A stretch of DNA of 12,452 bases. Source: a virus. Lineage: Duplodnaviria; Heunggongvirae; Uroviricota; Caudoviricetes. The position numbers and the translations under genes were made by a program. The DNA is taken from IMG/VR virus record IMGVR_UViG_2713896784_000025. One strand, 5' to 3'. Positions 7,557 to 12,452 of this stretch are shown piece after piece (position 1 is the stretch's first letter; the number at the start of each line of letters is the position of its first letter). The notes below the pieces were generated by a model, which worked only from the letters and a program-made list of their open reading frames with translations, ran no database searches and was not told the origin of the DNA.

Positions 7557-7843
7557 TGTTACCCATTTTATGGCTACCGTCTGCTCGCGATGATTTGCGC
7601 CAGATCATAACTTACATCGCCAAGGAGAACCCACCGGCAGCACGTAGACTAAAAATACGCATTGAAACATCGGTATTACCTCTATCTGAGCATCCGTACT
7701 TATATCCACCAAGCGAACGGGTTTCTGGATTGAGAGAGATCGTGACCCACCCTAACTACATAATCCTGTACAGAGTAGCTGCTTCAAGCATTGAGATTGT
7801 AAGCGTGACACATTCTCGGCGACAATTTCCCTTCTCTATCTGA
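7556..7843 (+). CDS. parE: ParE/RelE-superfamily toxin (ParE2-like), 95 aa
   Basis: MLPILWLPSARDDLRQIITYIAKENPPAARRL...LSEHPYLYPPSERVSGLREIVTHPNYIILYRV: the characteristic ParE N-terminal helix and core. Translationally coupled to the antitoxin. Confidence 0.85.
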   Translation: MLPILWLPSARDDLRQIITYIAKENPPAARRLKIRIETSVLPLSEHPYLYPPSERVSGLREIVTHPNYIILYRVAASSIEIVSVTHSRRQFPFSI

Positions 7844-7893
7844 GTTGAACAATTTTCATACTCCCTCTTTCGAGGGATTTTTTTGCCCAAAAC

Positions 7894-7933
7894 AACAATT
7901 AAAAACTGTTGACACAAAAACAGTTTTTTATTG
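7894..7933 (+). promoter_or_regulatory. Second operator copy with embedded TTGACA (OL/pL-like)
   Basis: ACAATTAAAAACTGT (7894-7908, 14/15 identical to the OR left arm) and ACAGTTTTTTATTGT (7919-7933, identical to the OR right arm), 10-nt spacer. TTGACA at 7908-7913; the -10 element is ambiguous (TAGATT at 7933-7938). Confidence 0.5.
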
Positions 7934-8125
7934 TAGATTACATACACCAACCACCCACCCCGCCCCACAGAACGCCGGGCAATACTTCGAGTTACCAAGC
8001 AGTGGTCAGGGGGTAAGTAGCCAGCCCGAGGCGTATGAACATGACGGCAGGGTTCAACTTTAATAACTATGCAGCNNNNNNNNNNNNNNNNNNNNNNNNN
8101 NNNNNNNNNNNNNNNNNNNNNNNNN

Positions 8126-8284
8126 GCTGGCTGGAAAGAAACTCAGGTGAGTGATATGGATTTCGACACAATCATGGAAAAGGCTTACGAAGAATACTTC
8201 GAAGGCCTTGCCGAAGGCGAGGAAGCTCTCAGCTTCAGTGAGTTTAAACAGGCGCTTTCCAGTTCGGCAAAATCTAACGACTAA
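8126..8284 (+). CDS. Small acidic ORF, first early-left gene; 5' end hidden by N block
   Basis: Open frame after the N block (...MDFDTIMEKAYEEYFEGLAEGEEALSFSEFKQALSSSAKSND); internal ATG at 8156 follows AGGTGA. An ATG at 8069 lies before the N block in the same nominal frame. Confidence 0.3.
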   Translation, partial: AGWKETQVSDMDFDTIMEKAYEEYFEGLAEGEEALSFSEFKQALSSSAKSND

Positions 8285-8295
8285 CGGAGTTAAAG

Positions 8296-8685
8296 ATGGA
8301 ATTTAAAGATTTACTAAAAGAAATCCAGGAAATTGCAGCACATGCACTTCACCAACGTCTGAACGAAGTTGAATTAGAATCTGCAACGAAGAAATACATT
8401 GATAATATGGCTCGTAATGTGCGCGATGCGTTTACCGGATTGTACTCTGTTTCGGTAACAAACAACCAGAATACTGAAGAAACTGCAAAGCGGATTGCCT
8501 CGGTGATGGGTTTTCATGTCGAGGAAAAGTATTCAAAAAAAGAATTCTGGAAAACTACAAAAAAATTGCAGAGCGAGAACTGTCATCTCCTGCGGCAATC
8601 GCTTCTTTCTATGAGGAAAGTTATTCAGATGACACAGGATTACCGGAACTGCTCTCATTACTTGAAAAATTCGGAATTATCATGA
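8296..8685 (+). CDS. Hypothetical early protein, 129 aa as written; likely frameshifted
   Basis: ATG at 8296 with GGAG 8 nt upstream. After an A8 run (8533-8540) the frame becomes poor, while a different frame continues protein-like to 8833. Confidence 0.55.
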   Translation: MEFKDLLKEIQEIAAHALHQRLNEVELESATKKYIDNMARNVRDAFTGLYSVSVTNNQNTEETAKRIASVMGFHVEEKYSKKEFWKTTKKLQSENCHLLRQSLLSMRKVIQMTQDYRNCSHYLKNSELS

Positions 8686-8833
8686 AAGGGACTGCGTCGG
8701 CGGATTTCACATACTCAATGATGGCTGCTGATGGAGAGCCTTTTCCTCCCGAACTTAAAATAACCCCCGGCAATCATCCGATGGTAACAATAAGAGCAAT
8801 AGAGAATTACTGGTTTAATCCAGTTCAACAATA
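8478..8833 (+). other. Alternative-frame continuation of the 8296 gene (together about 180 aa if a 1-nt shift occurs near the A8/A7 runs)
   Basis: This frame is open from 8478 to a TAG at 8831-8833 and translates as ...ILENYKKIAERELSSPAAIASFYEESYSDDTGLPELLSLLEKFGIIMKGTASADF...PVQQ. Confidence 0.35.
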
Positions 8834-8871
8834 GTTGGTCTTTGCAATATTTTTAATGGGCCACTACGCCC

Positions 8872-9056
8872 TTAATCTCGGGCGGCGTTTAACTCTTTAT
8901 TCAGTAAATCAGACTGATACTGATTTGGCTTTGTAATGATACTGTCAAGTTTTGATATATGAAATTCAACATGTTCTGGACAGTTAAAAATGTAATAACC
9001 GCCCTTCTCTAAAAAGCCAGAAAGAGCGTTACAGGCAGGGCATGGTTTGTTTGGCA
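8872..9056 (-). CDS. Small zinc-ribbon protein (CPxC...CPxH), about 61 aa, convergent to the early-left genes
   Basis: ATG at 9056 with GGAGGA 4 nt upstream (MPNKPCPACNALSGFLEKGGYYIFNCPEHVEF...). An in-frame ATG at 9068 would add four residues. Confidence 0.55.
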
Positions 9057-9281
9057 TTTTATCCTCCATTAAGGGCTGAATTAAAAATGGAGACCAACAC
9101 GCTGCTACGTGTGGTCGTGCGCCGGACACAGATAAGAATCCGGCACTGACAGTTTACTGAAAGGATATATCCCTGAAAAGTCAGGGCATAACACGAAAGT
9201 GCACGGCGAAGTCCTTCTCCCTTAGAGCCGTCGTTAAATTTAATTCGACCGTGCGCTTCCGGTTGTGGCAATCCGCGAAAT

Positions 9282-9367
9282 GGCGCGGCGGTAAGTATGG
9301 CGGGGTTATTCTTTCCCCGTTGAGGACACCGGGTTGTCAGGTTGACCATACGCTTAAGTGACAACCC
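9282..9367. other. Cluster of three GC-rich hairpins in non-coding DNA
   Basis: CCGCG-aaatgg-CGCGG (9282-9297), CGGGG-(9 nt)-CCCCG (9301-9319), GGGTTGTCA-(19 nt)-TGACAACCC (9331-9367, perfect 9-bp stem). Confidence 0.35.
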
Positions 9368-9404
9368 CGCTGCAACGCCCTCTGTTATCAATATTCTGGT
9401 GACA

Positions 9405-9451
9405 TTTGGCGGTATCAGTTTTACTCCGTAACTGCTCTGCCGCCCTTTTTT
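9405..9451 (+). terminator. Weak intrinsic-terminator-like element (plus strand)
   Basis: GGCGG ... CTGCCGCC with a long loop, followed by TTTTTT at 9446-9451. Confidence 0.25.
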
Positions 9452-9613
9452 AAAAGTGAATTTTGTGATGCGGTGAATGCGGCTCAGCGCACGCGGAACA
9501 GTTAAATCGGTAAAGCGGTCATTTGCTGAGTAACGAGAATGCTCTGTATCCGGCGTTAATTGTTAACTGGTTAACGTCACCTGGAGGCACCAGGCACCGC
9601 ATCACAAAATTCA
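9452..9613. repeat. Long-range inverted repeat (about 20-bp arms, 19/20 matching) flanking about 120 bp upstream of the 9631 gene
   Basis: GTGAATTTTGTGATGCGGTG (9452-9471) is the reverse complement of CACCGCATCACAAAATTCAT (9594-9613) except for one base; the interior holds two GTTAAC sites. Confidence 0.45.
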
Positions 9614-9630
9614 TTGTTGAGGACGCGATA

Positions 9631-9819
9631 ATGGAAAAGTTATCATGTAATGCCAGCACGTCTGAACTTCGTTTCGAAATTGGCGTTATCACTGGAGACA
9701 AAACATTTATTGAAGACGCCATTAAGCAGAGAAAACTCGAGCAGGACCTGTTAAATGAAGTATGCATTCCTTCAATGCTGGCTCGTCTGGACCTGCTGCA
9801 AAAAGGATATAAACAATGA
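9631..9819 (+). CDS. Hypothetical small protein, 62 aa
   Basis: ATG at 9631 with GAGGA upstream (MEKLSCNASTSELRFEIGVITGDK...); stop overlaps the next start (ATGA). Confidence 0.55.
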   Translation: MEKLSCNASTSELRFEIGVITGDKTFIEDAIKQRKLEQDLLNEVCIPSMLARLDLLQKGYKQ

Positions 9820-10007
9820 ATACAACATTTGCACTCGTTCTGACAGTTTATCTTGTTTCCGGCGAATCTCTTGAGCTGGTGACTGGCTTATACGGTTCAA
9901 TGAAAGAATGCATGGCTGCAGCAGCAGAACAAAAAATTCCCGGTAACTGTTATCCGGTAGATAAAACTACTCACACTAATAATAACGAAATACCGGCAGG
10001 ACTTTAA
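9816..10007 (+). CDS. Small protein with hydrophobic N-terminus (signal-peptide- or membrane-anchor-like), 63 aa
   Basis: MNTTFALVLTVYLVSGESLELV...; translationally coupled to the upstream ORF; AAGGA upstream. Confidence 0.6.
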   Translation: MNTTFALVLTVYLVSGESLELVTGLYGSMKECMAAAAEQKIPGNCYPVDKTTHTNNNEIPAGL

Positions 10008-10100
10008 AACAGCACCGTAATTAATATCCGGTTTCATTTTTATATGCCAGCAATGGCAGGGATTTGTTCACCCTTAAATCTGTAATGAGGTTAAAACACA

Positions 10101-12452
10101 ATGAGTAAAATCTTTATTTGCGCTGCTATTCCTGACGAACAGGCCATAAAAGAAGATAGCGCTGTTGCGGTGGCCACTGCCATTGAAGCCGGTGATGAGC
10201 GTCGCGCACGCGCAAAATTTCACTGGCAATTTCTGGAGCAATTCCCGGCAGCTCAGGACTGCGCTTATAAATTTATTGTCTGCGAGGATAAACCCGGCAT
10301 ACCCCGCCCTGCCCTCGATTCCTGGGATACCGAATATATGCAGGAAAACCGCTGGGATGAGGAGTCAGCTTCCTTTGTACCGGTCGAACCAGAATCCGAT
10401 CCGATGAACGTCAATTTTGACAAGCTGTCCCCTGAAGTACAGAACGCAGTCCTGGTTAAATTCGACACATGCGAAAACATCACCGTTGATATGGTGATTA
10501 GCGCACAGGAATTACTACAGGAAGACATGGCAACATTCGGCGGACATATCGTTGAAGCGTTGATGAAAATGCCAGAAGTTAACGCCATGTATCCTGAACT
10601 TAAACTGCATGCCATCGGGTGGGTTAAGCATAAATGTGAGCCTGGCGCTAAATGGCCTGAAATTCAGGCAGAGATGCGCATCTGGAAAAAACGTCGCGAA
10701 GGTGAACGCAAGGAAACCGGAAAATACACGTCTGTTGTTGATCTCGCCCGCGCCAGAGTCAACCAACAGAACCCTGAAAACGCTGCTGAAAAAACCGGGG
10801 CTGTCACTGTTGCCATTCGCCGCGAATACAAACAGACATGGAAAACACTCGACAATGAACTGGCCTGCGCCCTCTGGCCCGGTGATGTGGATGCAGGAAA
10901 CATTGACGGTACCATCCATCGCTGGGCGACAAATGAGGTTATCGACAAGGATCGCGAAGACTGGAAGCGTATCTCAGCATCAATGCGCAAACAGCCCGAA
11001 GCACTTGGCTATGACCGTCAGACTATTTTTGGCCTTGTTCGCGAACGTCCGATCGATATTCACAAAGATCCCGTTGCACTGAACAAATATATCAGTGAAT
11101 ACCTGACGACAAAGGGCGTGTTTGAACATGAAGAAACAGACCAGAGCTCTACTGATGCTCTCCAGCCGTCAGCAGCACAAACTGCTCCAGTGGAGACGGC
11201 AGAATCCGATACTCAAAAAAATGAAATCCTGGTGGAAGCTGAACCATCTGTAGAGCGTGAAGGACCATTTTATTTCGTCTTTACCGATAAGGGCGGGGAA
11301 AAATACGGCAGGGCAAACAAACTTTCTGGTCTGGACAAGGCGCTGGCTGCCGGCGGTACCGAAATCTCAAAAGAAGAATATTTTGCCCGAAAAAATGGCA
11401 CATACACGGGCTTACCGCAAAATGTGGATACCGCTGAAGATTCCGAACAATCAGAGCCGGTAAAAGTTACCGCTGACGAAGTAAACAAAATTATGCAGGC
11501 AGCCAATATCAGCCAGCCTGACGCCGATAAATTGCTTGCTGCATCACGTGGTGAATTTGTTGAAGGGATTAGCGACCCGAATGATCCGAAATGGGTGAAA
11601 GGGATCCAGAGTCGCGACGCTGAGGACCAGAATCAGCCCAACGTGAAACAAAATGAGCCAGAAGCGGAACAAAACAGCCCGGATACGCAACAAAACGGGC
11701 CAGAAGAACAACAACCAGAACCAGCAGTGCAACAGGAACTGGAAAAAGTTTGCACCGCATGCGGTCAGACCGGTGGCGGCAACTGTCCTGACTGTGGTGC
11801 GGTGATGGGGAACGCAACCTACCTGGAAACATTCGATGAAGAGAATCAGGCTGAAGCTCAGAAAAATGATCCGGAGGAAATGGAAGGCACTGAACATCTG
11901 CACAAGGAGAACACTGGCAGCGATCAGTATCACGCCAGCGATAATAAAACTGGCGAAACAGCAAATCCCTTAATTAAAGTGAACGGTCATCATGAAATCT
12001 CATCCACCAGCAGGTTGTGGCACCATCTGATGATTGACCTTGAAACAATGGGAAAAAATCCTGATGCGCCAATAAACTCTATAGCCGGTAAGTTTTTTGA
12101 TCCGGCAACCGGAGAGATGGGGCCAGAATTCAGCAAAACTATCGATCTGGAAACCGCAGGTGGGGTCATCGATCGGGACACCATTAAGTGGTGGCTGAAA
12201 CAGTCACGCGAAGCACAATCCTCCATTCTGACCGATGAAATCACGTTGGATGATGCACTGCTGCAATTCCGGGAATTTATCGACGAAAACTCCGGTGAAT
12301 TTTTTGTTCAGGTCTGGGGTAACGGTGCAACTTTCGACAACGTGATTTTACGCCGTTCATATGAACGGCAGGGGATCCCCTGCCCGTGGCGTTACACCAA
12401 TGATCGCGATGTAAGAACGATGGTTGCTCTGGGACTGGTGATGGATTTCGAC
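10101..12452 (+). CDS. recE: RecE-like large recombination exonuclease (exonuclease VIII family), 3'-truncated by window end, at least 784 aa
   Basis: Uninterrupted frame from ATG 10101 to the window end (I translated it codon by codon); absent from the ORF track only because no stop is reached. Internal CxxC-x8-CxxC zinc ribbon (VCTACGQTGGGNCPDCG), Q/E/P-rich linkers, and a C-terminal DEDD-type exonuclease motif (MIDLETMG). The RecE assignment rests on position in the early-left operon and an unverified recollection of the segment LLAASRGEFVEGISDPNDPKWVKGIQ. Confidence 0.75.
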   Translation, partial: MSKIFICAAIPDEQAIKEDSAVAVATAIEAGDERRARAKFHWQFLEQFPAAQDCAYKFIVCEDKPGIPRPALDSWDTEYMQENRWDEESASFVPVEPESDPMNVNFDKLSPEVQNAVLVKFDTCENITVDMVISAQELLQEDMATFGGHIVEALMKMPEVNAMYPELKLHAIGWVKHKCEPGAKWPEIQAEMRIWKKRREGERKETGKYTSVVDLARARVNQQNPENAAEKTGAVTVAIRREYKQTWKTLDNELACALWPGDVDAGNIDGTIHRWATNEVIDKDREDWKRISASMRKQPEALGYDRQTIFGLVRERPIDIHKDPVALNKYISEYLTTKGVFEHEETDQSSTDALQPSAAQTAPVETAESDTQKNEILVEAEPSVEREGPFYFVFTDKGGEKYGRANKLSGLDKALAAGGTEISKEEYFARKNGTYTGLPQNVDTAEDSEQSEPVKVTADEVNKIMQAANISQPDADKLLAASRGEFVEGISDPNDPKWVKGIQSRDAEDQNQPNVKQNEPEAEQNSPDTQQNGPEEQQPEPAVQQELEKVCTACGQTGGGNCPDCGAVMGNATYLETFDEENQAEAQKNDPEEMEGTEHLHKENTGSDQYHASDNKTGETANPLIKVNGHHEISSTSRLWHHLMIDLETMGKNPDAPINSIAGKFFDPATGEMGPEFSKTIDLETAGGVIDRDTIKWWLKQSREAQSSILTDEITLDDALLQFREFIDENSGEFFVQVWGNGATFDNVILRRSYERQGIPCPWRYTNDRDVRTMVALGLVMDFD

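Noticed and set aside
7186-8063. ORFs 7186..7389 (+), 7756..7998 (-) and 7845..8063 (+)
   Set aside because: The first is out of frame within the repressor 3' end, the second is antisense to the ParE gene, and the third spans the operator/promoter region and is P/Q/T-rich.
9059-9391. 110-aa minus-strand ORF
   Set aside because: R/G/C-rich low-complexity translation and it runs through the GC hairpin cluster; more likely non-coding.
9130-9400. Possible tRNA or retron ncRNA in the hairpin-rich region
   Set aside because: No cloverleaf could be built (no GTTCRA T-loop motif or CCA-adjacent acceptor pairing) and no reverse-transcriptase gene is nearby; left as unspecified structured DNA/RNA.
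10265-11082. Overlapping ORFs inside the recE-like gene (10265..10615, 10515..10919, 10664..10990 minus; 10609..11082 plus; also 11544..12244 minus)
   Set aside because: All lie within or antisense to one long uninterrupted frame; shadow ORFs.

Overview
This window reads as the immunity, replication and early-left region of a Rac-like (lambdoid) enterobacterial prophage; all calls are from reading the sequence and ORF track, with no database search run. A divergent switch sits at 6.8-6.9 kb: a Cro-like (YdaS-type) gene reads leftward and a short DicA/RacR-like HTH repressor reads rightward, separated by a perfect 15-bp-arm palindrome that recurs about 1 kb downstream (OR/OL-like). Between the two operator copies, where lambda carries rexAB, lies an overlapping antitoxin/ParE-toxin pair resembling the PaaR2-PaaA2-ParE2 three-component system. 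Leftward from the switch (minus strand) run a YdaT-like gene, an unknown 169-aa gene, a replication initiator with iteron-like repeats inside its coding sequence, a DnaC-like helicase loader and three small nin-region-like genes. An AT-rich island (about 0.83-2.5 kb) then carries a single plus-strand esterase-family alpha/beta-hydrolase gene, which I consider the most interesting candidate cargo. Left of the island is a promoter-hairpin-terminator unit and a coding region whose reading frame I cannot resolve. Rightward from the second operator are small early genes (one with a frameshift in an A8 run), a convergent zinc-ribbon ORF, a hairpin-rich non-coding stretch, two coupled small genes and a large RecE-like gene truncated by the window end. 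Three 50-nt N blocks (722-771, 3122-3171, 8076-8125) hide sequence and break at least two genes. No rRNA, tRNA, CRISPR array or transposase was recognised.
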